From Fonticula alba ATCC 38817 (lineage: Eukaryota > Protista > Nucleariida): a stretch of DNA of 49,324 nucleotides. The position numbers and the translations under genes are program-made. Location: NCBI GenBank assembly GCA_000388065.2, contig KB932203.1; one strand, written 5' to 3'. Position 1 is the stretch's first letter. Each line of letters opens with the position of its first letter. Below the pieces are notes generated by a model. The model saw only the letters and a program-made list of their open reading frames with translations. It made no database searches and was not told the origin of the DNA. This document shows positions 1 through 11,875 of this stretch, one piece after another.

Positions 1-132
1 GCCTCGGGCGCGCGCACGCGCGACAAAAGAGCCCGCCAGCGCACCGGGAGGGCCTTGAATCGGCCACCAACAGGGCTAACGTTGCACGCGTGCGCGTGAT
101 CTCCCGGGGGATGCTCAACTTAATCGAGATAG

Positions 133-328
133 CTATGCTTGTTCGGGTGGCGCACGCAAACGCGCGGATTGCTACTGGTGAAGGTCGAAGCCAGGCCGGC
201 AGCTGGCCTCCCTTGTAAGTCTCAGCCGCGCTCCGCTTTGTCGGCCACGCACTCACACACGCACACGCACACGCACACGCACACGCACACGCACACGCAC
301 ACGCACACGTACACGCACACGCACACGC

Positions 329-367
<39 letters not shown>

Positions 368-912
368 CACTCATACACTCACACACTCACTCACACACTC
401 ACTCACACACTCACTCACACACTCACTCATACACTCACTCACTCGCTCACACACACACACACACACTCACTCATACACTCATACACTCACATACTCATAC
501 ACTCATACACTCACACACTCACACACTCACACACTCACTCGCTCACACACTCACTCACACATACACATCCACCAGGCCCCCACCAGGCCCCCACCTGCCC
601 CGCAGGGTACCCGACAGGGAGGGGATCCCCCATTTCCGCCTTGCCCGAGTCATCTTGGCCCGGCCGGAGGCCGCCAGTCAAAGAGAGGAGGACATGCAGA
701 TATTTGCACACGCCAGGCAGCATGCACTGTGTATGTATTCGTCCTTGCAAGATACGCCGAGGAAAGAAACACCAGGAACACGCATGTGCACATGTGTCTC
801 ACTCGTGCTGGCTCTATCCATCGCCCTCGGGCTCCGAGCCCGGGGCCGGGGGGATCTTGCCCGACCGGATGTGGATATACTTGCGGGTATACTCGAGGGC
901 CGCCTGTCGTGA
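133..912 (+). CDS. Possible 3' exons of a + strand gene entering from upstream (unknown product)
   Basis: CTAAC branch-like motif (~76-80), AG acceptor 131-132, GTAAGT donor 215, microsatellite-filled intron, CAG acceptor 603-605. The phase-compatible join reads ..MLVRVAHANARI..WPPL|VPDREGIPHFRLARVIL... A further GTATGT donor lies at 731. No recognisable family. Confidence 0.3.
249..567. repeat. Compound microsatellite (GCACAC)n, (CA)n and degenerate CACT/CATA
   Basis: Directly visible. It produces the spurious poly-HT stretch of ORF 139..912 and is probably intronic. Confidence 0.95.
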
Positions 913-3900
913 GGTCTCCTGGTCCATCCCGGTCGGGCAGTGGGCCTGCTGCTGGGCCTGCTGCTGGGCCTGCTGCTGCTGCTGCTGGAAGAGGTCCGAC
1001 TCGGCACCCACCTGAATCACCGGGCCCCGAGTGGGCGGCCGCCCACGCAACACCAAATTGATGCGAATGTTGCCATCCGGCCCGGGCACTCGGCCGCCCG
1101 GGGTCGAGGCATGGGCATCCCCCCGCGTCGGGAACCAATGTCCGGCACTCTTGCTCAGGGGCACATACTCCTGCTCATCGGTGGCGGGCCCCGAGCGCGC
1201 ACCCGACAGCGCCGGAGCCACCTCATTGGCACGACGCGTGGGGGCCTTCCAGTCGGCGGCCGCCGCCCCGCCATCCACCAGCAGCCCGGTCAGCCGGGAC
1301 TCCAACAGCCGACCAAGATCCTCGTCGGTCATGTCCGACCCTCGGCCGGTGATCTGAAGCGGCTGCTCGCTCGGCGACCGGGTGGGCTCCGGCAACGGCA
1401 AATGGTACATCGGGCCATGGGCCGACTCCACGGCGACCGGCCGCACGGCAGCCGCAACCCGTGCCGGGGCCACCGCCAGCCGGAAGCCCGGCGCCCGGGC
1501 CGGCTCCTCCTCGTCGGACCCCTCGGAAGACCAGTCACTCTCGTCGATGTGGCCATCGGCCTCATCTTCGAAATCGATGTCCAACTCGCCGGCGCGCATG
1601 GTCAACATCGGCTGGAGGGCCGCCGCCGGCACCGCCGGCGCAGGAACCACCGCGGAGGCCGGCCCCGGGCCCGGTCCAGGAGCATCCGCCAAGCCGGGCG
1701 TCGGGTCGGCCACCGTGCTGCCGGGCCCCGGGCCGGCGTCCCGGCGCAGGGCAGTGGCTTCGTCCACGGCCCCGGCTCGGCGAAGACGCCGGTCCCGGAA
1801 GTAGTGGATGAAAGGCAGGTACTCCGGGGTCAGGCCGCCCGAGGTGCCCTCCGGGCCCCGGTCGAGGGGGGTATCCATGCGCAGGTCGTGCTCCAGGCTG
1901 TCCGGCAGGACAGCCAACTCGCCGACATCCCGGCGATGGTGCAGGTACCGCAGCGAGGGGCTCAGCCATCGGAGGTCCGCCGGCTGATGCCGCGAGTCCT
2001 CCCAGTCATCGCCCTCCACCTCGGTGGAGGTCGTGGCAAACTCCTCATCCAGCAGGTTCATCCCCAGCACCGGGTGCAAGTACCAGCAGCCCACCTGGCC
2101 GCCATACGATGGCCCGGGAGCCGGCTCGAAGGGGGCCCCCCGCGGCAGGTAGCCCAGGTCGGTCGTCGGCTTGATGTCCATTCGCCGAACGGCCCGACTC
2201 CACAGGCGGACCATCTCGTACCGGGGCACACGCGAATCCTCCCGACAGGTACACCCCTCGTCACAGGGGAAGGCATAATCTTCGTGCTCCTCCGGGCGCG
2301 AGCGCAGGTGATACACGGACGAGGTGCTGGCTGCCGGATGGAGGATGCTCGTGGAGGTCGGAGCTGAAGCTGGAGCGGGGACCGGAGCCGGGGCCGGAGC
2401 CGGAGCCGGAGCCGGAGCAGGGGCCGGAGTTGGGGCCGGAGTAGGGGCCGGAGTAGGGGCCGGAGTAGGGGCCGGAGTAGGGGCCGGAGTAGGGGCCGGA
2501 GTAGGGGCCGGAGTAGGGGCCGGAGTAGGGGCCGGAGCCTGCATTGGGGCTGGGGAAGCCTGGGCCCTGTCGGCCGGCTTCGAAGAGGTGGCCGGCACCG
2601 TGGCCAGGGTCACCGCAAGCCCGGGCTCGGACGCGGCACCACACGGGCTCGGAGCATTGGACCACATCCGCCGGAGCGCCTGCGATGTGACATGGCTCCA
2701 GTCAATCGGCTGGGCCAGATCCTCCGGCGCGCCCATGCGCAGCACCATCAGCCGCTCCAAGCACACATCATAATCGTAGAGCGGTGGCTGGCCATCCGGG
2801 AAGAGATCCGCCACATTGACGCCATGCTGCTCCAGATGCAAGAGATATTCATCCAGGGCAATGCGCACCTCCACCGGGAGGGGCGTCTTCGAGGAGAAGT
2901 ATGCCTAGGTCGCGGGAGGAGAGAAATGCATTCGACACGGTGTGAGCGGGACATCGGACAAAGGGAGAAGCCCCCCCCCCCCCCCCGCCCCGCCCCTTAT
3001 CCGACAGGCACAGGATGACAGACACACCATGAACAACGGCAGGAACACCAACATATGGGAGCGGACCGGCTCGACCATCAGCAAGTCGGTGAAAGTGCCC
3101 AGGGTGTAGAAAATCAAGCGCGACCGAACGAAGCTGGTCGGCGGGTCGACCAGGCCGCCGGAGCCGGGACTCGGGAACCCATTCTTGTGGCCGCTGGTCA
3201 GGCAGGCAGTCAGCACATCGAAAAGCACGGTTGTCGACACTAGGCCGAAGGCGAAAAGTTCGCCCAGGAAGGCCCCGGCCGAGAGGAGCCGCTGCGCATC
3301 GGCAAAGTCATACGGCCCCGACAGGATGATTTGCAGCCAAACCAGCAAGTTGTCCAGCGCCTCAGCCAGCAGCAGCGGCATCAGCGGCACTTGGTGGGCA
3401 TCCGCCGCCAGGCAGGCGAACAGGCTGGCCAATTGGGCCAGCGCATCGAACGAGTGCAGCACCGGCCTCGAGAGCAGGTCGCGGAGAGTGAGGTAATTCT
3501 GGCGGAGTAGCGCATGTGTCAGCCCCAATCAGGTGACAGCAAGCCGGGAGCAGGCCCAGGGGCAGGATGGCGCGCAAACAGGATGGCCAAAGGGGAGAGG
3601 CAGATAGGCAAATGGCTCCCAGCGTGGGGGCGCACCTGTTCCTGGGAAAAGTCCAGCCTCAAAAGTTCGGCGGCAATGTCGCGAGGGCTCTCGGCCATGG
3701 GGAGCTCCATCAACAGCAAATGCATGATGTACCCGGCCTCCGAGGGCGAGTTGGACACATCCAATTGCTGGGCAAGGAGGTCCCGCTCGGTGGGCATGCA
3801 GTAGGCCGTGATGACCGCGATGTCATGCGCGGCGAAGGCCGCATCCACCATCTGGCGAAGCTTGCGCCGGAGGATGTCCAGCGTCTCCACCAAGCCCCCA

Positions 3901-6900
3901 TGCGACAGGGGGTTCGAATAGAGGCTGCGCCCGCACACCAGCAGCAGCGACCTCAGGGTCAGGATGCTGGGCGGCTTGAAGTGCACGGCCATGGTATTGC
4001 ACATGCTCAGAATACACTGGACGGAGGCCACCTTTCCGTGGTAAAGGAGCCCCAGGATGGTGGCAAGCTAGCCGGGTGTGTATGTATGCATGTGCATGCG
4101 TGTCAGTGATATGGGTGGCGGGGGCAGCGCGAAACCGAGAGCCGGAGGCAGGTCGAAGTCCAAGCACCTTTGTGATGTTGTCATTGAGGAAGTAGGTCGA
4201 CTGGGCGTTCGAGGACTGCTGCACCATCTTGCGAATGCCCTCCTCCAGGAAGTAGAGGAAGTCCTGGCCAAACGCCGGGTAGGACGTCGCCGTCACCAAC
4301 ACCAAGCGTGCCACCGACTGGAGGCGCGCCAGGCGGACATGCATCACATACTGATTCAATGTGAAGGCGGCCAATGCCCGCGTCCCAGGAGCCTGAAGGT
4401 CCAGCACTTGGACCAGCGTCTCGGCAGCGCGGTCGGGCGTCTCTTCCATCATGGCCAGGACCCGGTGCAAGTGCATGGCCATCGATTCCGGGACTTGCTC
4501 CAGCAGGTACACCGGTAGAATTCGATTCAAAACCCACCCCTCGGGCCGGTCCTTCGGGGCATCGGCAAATCTCTTGCTCCAATGCCCAAACAGCTGGAAG
4601 TGCTCGGTCAGCACGTCGACCGCCGGCCGGGGGGTGGCCAAATTCAACAGCGACGCCGCAGTCACCGGACAGCCCAGGCTCTGCTCCGGCTGGTCGACCT
4701 CCCGAGGCACCGTCACCAGCTTCAGCACCTCATCTCCCGGGCCATGAAAGTCCGAGAAGTCCGCCGGCAGGTGGACATTTTCCGGCAGCCGCAAGCTGGC
4801 CACCAGGTCATCCGCCGCACGAGTGATGTCCACGCTCCTGAGCAAGCCGTATGCCTCCGGGTCGAAGGTGGCTTGCTGACGCGAGTACCTTTGGGGTTGG
4901 GGTTGTTTTTTTTTTCCCCCACCGCAGCATCCAAAGGGCCGGAGAAGGATGACGCGTTAGAGACGACAGCACAACAAAGCGAGCTGATCATGGGCAACCG
5001 GCGAAGGTGCCCTGCTCCGCCCTCCCCCGGTGCCCACAGTCGAGAAAAGAACACCCAAAGTGCCCCCGCCCCACCCCGGCGCCGGGCCACCCCGCTTGCC
5101 GGCCATCCACCGGGCGATCCACGCACCGGAGCACCTTCGAGAGGGTGGCATTCAGGCCCCGGACCATCTCGATCATGCCCGGCGAGAGGCTGAGGTTCAG
5201 GGCAAAGTGGTGCGCTGCCTTCTTCAAAACATGCTCCCGAAACCGGAGCACGTCCTCGAAGATGCCGCCCTGCAGGAGGTGAATGTCCCGAAGCAAGTGC
5301 TTCAGGGTCTTCTGCAGACTGGGCGAGATGATGGTGGACAGGCGATCCTGGAAGTCCTCGGTCAGGTCGGCCAAACTCACCACCCCGGCCGGCAAAGGAT
5401 CCTGCTCCAAACGACTGAACGTCTCAGGGAAGGCCTGGACCAGGGACTGCAAAGTCAAGCTCGGGGGCATGGTCTGGTGTTCCGCCAGAAAGTCCCGCAC
5501 ACGGGAGACTTCCTCCTCGAGGAACTGGTACCGGGTCGGTAGCTCCAGGCAAAAGATCGGCACCAGGGTGTTGATGGCCACCAGGGAGGTCATATTGTCC
5601 AACATGTCCTGGAAGTGTGTCGGGAGCTGCGCTGACGACTGAGAACCGTTCAGCATGGTGGACAGGTCGGGCACCGAGCCCTGCTGGCACCACGGCTCCA
5701 GCAGAGAGTTCAAGGCGGCCGGCGTGCTGATCACCCCGAGGACCGTCAGGCCAAAGACCACGGCAATCAATGACGCATGGCTGTTCCGAGGGAAAGTAGA
5801 TGCGCTGATGCGCTTGGAGTAGTCCTCAAAGCGGCAGCTAAGCAGCACATGGATTGCCACTACCTCCTGGTAGTGTCGGACCGAGCTGATGGTCGTGGTG
5901 GCAAGCGAGGAGATGACTGTGTGGCAAAGGAGTTGCGTGCGCGCGCGCGCGCGTACACACATACACACACACACACACATTTACACGGTGAGTCGAAAGC
6001 AGGAGGCGGAAACGGGCCGGATTCGGGTCAGGAGGGACGCACTTTCGCCCAGGAAGGGCTGCAGGTTGGGTCGCAGGGAGGTCGAGATCAATTTGGACAG
6101 GGCTGCCGAGGAGGGCCGCGAGTGCGCTTGGACAATGCTCTTCACCAGCGACATATGCTGCTTGCTCGAATGGCTGGATGTGGTGGCGACAAAATCGCCT
6201 GAGTCGGTGCCGTCGATTCACAAAGAGGAAGCAGTTGGTCGGTAAGGGAAACGGTGCATAGGAGGAGGCGGGGGGAGGCGGGGGGAGGCGGGNNNNNNNN
6301 NNNNNNNNNNNNNNNNGGGGCGAGGCGGGAAGGCCAGAGCAGGAAGGGCAACTGGTGTGACATACGCTGCAAAAGTGCCGGCTTGAGAACGCGAATGGCC
6401 TTGGCGAGCCACGAAAAGTAGTGCAGTGTCTTGTAAGACTGGAGGATGCTCTTCAGATTTCGGCACCCAGCGTTCCACCATCGTCAATGTCAGTGTCGGG
6501 ATCGGGCTCGGGGTCAGTATCGGGGTCGGAAAGCCCGAAGGGCAATGAGGGAGCATCGGCGCCGGGAAACCAAGAACAAGAGGCGACGTACGGACTGTTT
6601 GGAGGCCGATGAAGGTGCGGCATCGGCGGTGGATGTTTCATCGGCAAGGGTCGTTGCCTCGACACGGGGAGAATCAGCGGTGGAAACTTCGGCATCAGCA
6701 GCGCCAGAGGTGTCAACATCAGCAGCAGGCACTGTATCGGTAGAAGGGGCAGCATCAACCCCGAGTGTATCCTCGGCAGCAGGTGCGTCCTCGCGCATGG
6801 GCGGCTCCTCGACAGCAGGCGGCTCCNNNNNNNNNNNNNNNNNNNNNNNNNNNNNNNNNNNNNNNNNNNNNNNNNNNNNNNNNNNNNNNNNNNNNNNNNN

Positions 6901-7104
6901 NNNNNNNNNNNCGACAGCAGGCGGCTCCTCGACAGCAGGCGGCTCCAAGGTCATAGGCGATTCCAACATTGAGGAAGTTTCCTCGACAGCAGGCGACTCC
7001 TCAGTTGCAGACATATGCCCCATGGTGGATGCATCAGCCATGGCATCCATGGTATCAACCAGGGGCATTGGCTCGACAGCAGACCCAGTGTCGTCGGTCG
7101 ACAT
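814..7104 (-). CDS. UPF2: Regulator of nonsense transcripts 2 (UPF2/NMD2), divergent; multi-exon, 5' end uncertain
   Basis: Phase-consistent exons: >=7104-6592, 6450-6366 (less certain), 6198-6043, 5916-5127, 4888-4168, 4067-3636, 3498-3028, 2904-814. Motifs recalled from UPF2: MIF4G-2 end LLLVCGRSLYSNPLSH..RRK..AYCMP (cf. LLETCGRFLFRSPESH..RKK..YYCNPP); MIF4G-3 QRLLSAGAFLGELFAFGLV..DPPTSFVRSRLI (cf. QRRISSAKFLGELYNY..DPPEHLFRIRLV); C-terminal NIRINLVLRGRP..VIQVGAESDL..QQQ..ETSRQAALEY resembling the UPF1-binding segment. Confidence 0.8.
2382..2538 (-). repeat. Coding tandem repeat: 9 x 12 bp (PAPT)n followed by (PA)n
   Basis: GGGGCCGGAGTA x9 on +, then GGAGCC units; in frame in the last UPF2 exon. 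Confidence 0.95.
6800..6998 (-). repeat. Coding 18-bp tandem repeat (EEPPAV)n interrupted by an 85-N gap
   Basis: TCCTCGACAGCAGGCGGC units flank the gap at 6827-6911, with degenerate copies beyond. Confidence 0.85.
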
Positions 7105-8224
7105 GGTGTCGAGAGCCTGCCAGGGGAAAAGAGGACGTCCGTCTTCGGTTGTGACGAATCACAGGGGGCAAGTGGATGCTAGAAAGTCGTCAAGTCACTC
7201 GCTGCAGGGCTACCTCCCCAACGCCGGTGGGTTGGACAGTGTGTCTGCCTTTCCTGGGAAATGGAGAGGTCGCACAGGAGGCTGGGCGCTTTCTGCACGG
7301 AGCCAAGCGAGGGCCGAGGCAAGGGCACGGGTGGATGGGGGGTCAGCCGCGAGCAGTAGAGGGCTGGGGAGATCTACGGCGTGGACGCACACAGGTGATC
7401 CAGAGACAAAGGAAGCGAGGGAGGGGCGGGGGGGGGGGGGAGGGACAACGAAGAGCAGAGAGGGGAAGGAAAGGAATAGATGTATGGGGGGAGGAGAGGA
7501 AGAGCGGTCGTATGATCCAGTCTGGAGCCCTTTCCCGGCTTGAGCCTGCCCCCTCTAGACATGGTGGTGACGCGGGGGGGGGGGGGGGGGGGGGGGGCGA
7601 CGGATACACCGGCTGGTCCAGGGCCACCGCCATGCACCCGGCCCGAACGAGTTGCTGCCCCAGGCGAAGGACAGACCGAGGGCACAAGGGCGACGATTCA
7701 CTCGGGCGGGCGATCCGGTGGAAACCCGGCGATCGGCCAGGTGCCAACGCTCGGCGTGGCGTCTTTGGGCTTGTGGATTCTTCGCCCTGCTGTGCCGCTT
7801 TCCCCCGCCCCCGCGCGAGGACACGCGCGTGGTATGGCCCTGCATGGGGGACTCGTCGGCCTCCCCATCCGCTTATGCCCCATCCACCGCCCTCGTCCCT
7901 CTCTGTCGGGGGACTGCCTTTGGCCCCGGGCCTTGCCTCGCTGCTCTTTGCACCCGCTCCGCACGCGCAACATGGACGAAAGCCACATTCACAGGTGCTC
8001 ACATGCATATGGGGGAGGGCTGGCGTAGGCGCTTGGTTGCCCCTAAGGGGTGTCTATTATTGAAGGGGGGGGGGGCTGGCCATGATCGGCCCCTGGACTG
8101 GCGTCGATTTAGGCTGCCTCATTTGCCTGAATACCTGCTTGTTTCTTCTTCTTCTTTTTGCCCCACTTTCTACCGGCGAGTCACCTGCAGCAGGTGGAGG
8201 AAGGCCCAAAGAGCCGCACCACTC

Positions 8225-9221
8225 TCAGGCCTGAGCCGCGGCCCCGGACTCGCCCACGGGAGGTGACTCGCCAGCGGCAGGGAGGCTGTCCACCAGGGCC
8301 GATGCCCGGCTAGCCTGAGCCACCCCCTTGTTGGCCAGCTGCCCACAGGCAGCCATGATGTCTCGACCGCGGGGCCACCGCACTGTCACATGGATAATCT
8401 GCCCGCGGTGCCGGGAACTCTCATCGTGCAGGGCCGCCGTGAAGGCCTCGATGGCCTCAACCGTGGAGGTCCCATAGGGGGAGCCTTCCCACGGGTTGAA
8501 CTGCAAGCAGTGGGGCAAACATGGCGGTGAGTGGACGACCTTTCCTGAGCATGCCACGCTCAAACACAGGCACATGCAGATGTGCGCGCTCGACGGCGAG
8601 CGACTGCATGTTTGTTTTCTTTTGCCCGCGCTTGTGTGTGTGTGTGTGTGTGTGCGTGCGTGTGTGCGTGTGTGCGTGTGTGCGTGTGTGCGTGTGTGCG
8701 TGTGTGCGTGTGTGCGTCGGAAGAAGGGAGGAGAGAAAGATGCACCAACCGGGGGGGGGGGGGGGAGACGCACTGGGATGAGGTTTACTAGCGAGGGGAT
8801 CGGCCGCAGGAGGCGGGCCAGCTGACGGGCCTCCTCCACGGAATCGTTGACACCCTTCAGCATGACATACTCGAAGGTCACCTTTTTGGCGGGCTTATTC
8901 GTGGGGTATTTCCTATTTTCGCACGTCCATCAGGCAGCAAAGACCGGTTAGGGACACGGAGGGTAAAGGGCAAGCCGAAGGCTATGGCCATGGTCGAGGC
9001 AGGTGGCGCAAGTGCGCCGGCGCACCGACACGCATCCAGCAGCATCTCGATTGGGTACTGCTTGTTAATGGGGACCAGCTCATCGCGCAGGCGGTCGTTC
9101 ACCGCATGCAGGGAGACCGCCAGCTCCACGCCAAGATCATGACCCATGCGCTCGATCAGCGGCACGATGCCCGACGTGGAAACGATGATACGGCGCTGCA
9201 TGCACATCGTGCGTGCGTGCG

Positions 9222-9265
<44 letters not shown>

Positions 9266-10192
9266 AGTAATCCGTTTGCATGCGTGTGCAGGGAGCAGTC
9301 ATGCTGCACTCTTTCGAAACGAAAGACAAAGGCGGCAGAGGGGCGGGGGAGGAGGAAAGAAACGCCCTTACGCACCCGCGACAGAGCCAGACCATCCTCC
9401 GAGGAGAGGACCTCCACCGCACGGGTCAAGTTCCGGTAGTTGAGCAGCGGCTCGCCCATGCCCATCATGACGATGTTGCTGACAATGCGCTCTGGCCGGC
9501 TGCTTGGGAAGTCGCCGAGAGCCAAGCGCTGCGAGAGGAACTGCGCGACGATCTCGCCACTGGACAGATTCCGCAAGGCGGCCTTGGACATGGCCCCGGT
9601 CCGACAGAACGAGCACTGGAGCGAGCAGCCAACTGAATGGCAGCAGGCCGCGGGCAAATAGCCGAAGCGGGGGGAGGAGGCCGGAATCGGAGAGTCAGAT
9701 GGGGATATGGGGCAGCAAGTGGCAAAGATGACGAGCAAGCCAGGGCCATGCCCCGGAAGGAGAAGACCATCACCACATACCCTGAGACGAGAGACACGCG
9801 GTGCCGGTGCTGCCACGTGGGATGAACACCGTCTCGATGACGCCCGGCTTCTTGGCTGCCGAGGCGAGGCTCTTCCACATCCCGGGGCCCTCATCTTGCA
9901 GGTCAGGACGAAGGCCGATCCCGCGCTCCGGGTCGAAAGGCGCATGAACGCACGGCCGGTCCGGGCCAATGGACTCCGGCATCACCAGCGACCCGTCCAG
10001 GCGAAGGAGCCACTTGCGCGTGTCGTCATCACTGCGCAGGGGATCCACCACGCTGGGCAGACCAAACTGGAAGATCTCTCGCGCCAGGCGCTCTCGCAAG
10101 GGCAACGAGAAGGTGGTCATCTTGTAGGGGTCCACCACGCCCTGCTGATAGATCCACGACCAGAGCTATCCCCCATTCCGGCGACTATGTCA

Positions 10193-10229
<37 letters not shown>

Positions 10230-10533
10230 ATGCGAGCAGAAGGCCGGACCAAGGGCACCCGGTGGCCTCCGGAGAGGCAACTGAAGGGGCATGCAGAAAG
10301 GGGGGGTGGCAAGTGCCCGGACGTACCTGGCGCGCGCGGTACGGCTCCAAGTCGAACTCCTGCATCCGAGCAATGAGCTCGGACTTGGTCATGTCATACA
10401 CCCAGGGGCGTGGGGCCGGCTGCTCGGCCACAGCCGGTGACGCCAATGACGAGGAAAGGGATCGGCGTGCCAGTGCCGAGAGGAGGGGAGCCCACCGGTG
10501 GGCAGATCCCCGGCTGACATGCGAGGAGAGCAT
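8225..10533 (-). CDS. rlmN: Dual-specificity RNA methyltransferase RlmN (radical SAM), 6 exons, putative organellar presequence
   Basis: Phase-consistent exons 10533-10327, 10165-9781, 9632-9376, 9195-9026, 8912-8774, 8500-8225. Motifs: [25 protein letters not shown] (CxxxCxxC), [49 protein letters not shown]|[17 protein letters not shown]-terminus is R/S/L/A-rich with no acidic residues. Confidence 0.95.
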
Positions 10534-11330
10534 GTCGGATGGGGTCGGATGGGGTCGGATGGGACAAGGGCACTGGGCAAGGGGCGGCGATGTATGGGCA
10601 CACCAGGCGAGGCCGGGGAGTGGAGAGCAAAACCCGGAGGGCGAAGGGCGGAGGGCGGAGGGCGGAGGGCGGAGGGCGAAGGGTGGAGGGTGAGGAGGGG
10701 GGGGGGAAGGAGAAGGGGGCTTCCCGATCGCGTGGCCCGCCCCCGCCAGGCGGGACCGCTGGCCCATGGGGGCCGATCAGCCACACGGCCCCACACCACG
10801 TTGCGCCCCTATCGTCCGGCCGGGCTGCCCCCCCCCCCCCCCCCCCCNNNNNNNNNNCCCCCCCCCCACACACACACACATACACACACACACACACACA
10901 CCGTCTCGCCTCTCTCCGTGTCCCTCCCCCCCGGTCCCGGAGACGCCGGGCCAGATCTCGCAGCCGTGTGGCCCATCGGCCGCGGCTGCCAACGTATGGG
11001 GGAATCAATCCGCGCCCACAGAACGGCCCCCCGGCCGGGGAGACTATTTCGTCGGCAGTCGTCTGCCCTGACGGGCGATCTGAGCGGGGCGCACTGCTCC
11101 CTTTTTCGGCCAGCAGGCCCGAGAGCCCCGGGTGAAGCCCGGGCGGACAGAGCCCCTCCCCCCCCCCCTCCCCCCCCAGCCCTGGCCACCTACCGTCGTC
11201 CATTCAGCCCTCGGGTGCCCTCTCTCTTTCGCTGCCCTCCCCCTTCCTTCGCACACTCTTCCCCTCCGGGTCTCGCTCGACCCCCGTCCCCCCCCCCCTC
11301 CCCACCGCAAACATGTCACACATCTTCCAG

Positions 11331-11811
11331 ATGGCCACCCAGTCGATGACACACGCCCCGGACCTGGGCGTGTACCGACCTTTCTCGGAACGGGAGCTGA
11401 ACAACGCTCGACACGACATCTTCGGCAAGTTGAAGGAGCGCGGCCCGGACGTGGCCCTGTCGTTGGAGGAGCTGTCGCAGCTGTGTCCGAATTACCACCT
11501 GCTGGAGAACCACCCATTGGTGGAGATCCTCCGGCGGGACGAGTTCATCGTCACGACGCCGGCGTCGGCCGACGGCACCGAGCCGGAGCGCTTCTCCTTC
11601 CTGGGAACACACCCGGAGCTTCGCACCGGCGAGGATTTGATGTCATTCATGCGAGCGCTCAGCCCGCACGGCATCATGCGCGAGGACTTTCGTCAGGACC
11701 GCGAAGCCGTCAAGGAGGCCATTGAGCAGGGCCTGCGCGACGGGACCCTCTTGTCGGTGGGCAGCATCATCTTTTTCAATGCCGAGCCCGGGGCACGGCC
11801 TGTAAATCGGG

Positions 11812-11875
<64 letters not shown>

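Noticed and set aside
139-570. Poly-HT 'His-rich protein' ORF and the many poly-CV/HT/SL/ER ORFs throughout the window
   Set aside because: They are translations of (CA)n, (TG)n and (GA)n intronic or intergenic microsatellites.
940-2367. Long + strand ORFs (475 aa here; also 4582..5193, 15426..16091, 25098..26153, 30622..31953, 31320..32834)
   Set aside because: They are antisense shadows of GC-rich coding exons on the - strand and carry no motifs.
2420-2537. Regular short repeats as a CRISPR array
   Set aside because: Head-to-tail 12-mers without unique spacers, in frame in a eukaryotic exon; no cas genes.
7480-7562. ACCACCATG MSRGGRLKPGKG.. as the UPF2 start exon
   Set aside because: The start context is good, but I found no convincing donor or in-phase join to the 7104 exon. 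Left unresolved.
9376-9632. Radical SAM gene as the antibiotic-resistance methylase Cfr or as bacterial contamination
   Set aside because: MGMGEPL is the RlmN-type motif (Cfr has MGMGEAL), and the gene has five canonical introns in the host style.
9895-9953. GTGCGT..CAAG candidate intron within RlmN exon 2
   Set aside because: It is 59 nt long; removing it shifts the frame and gives an immediate TGA.
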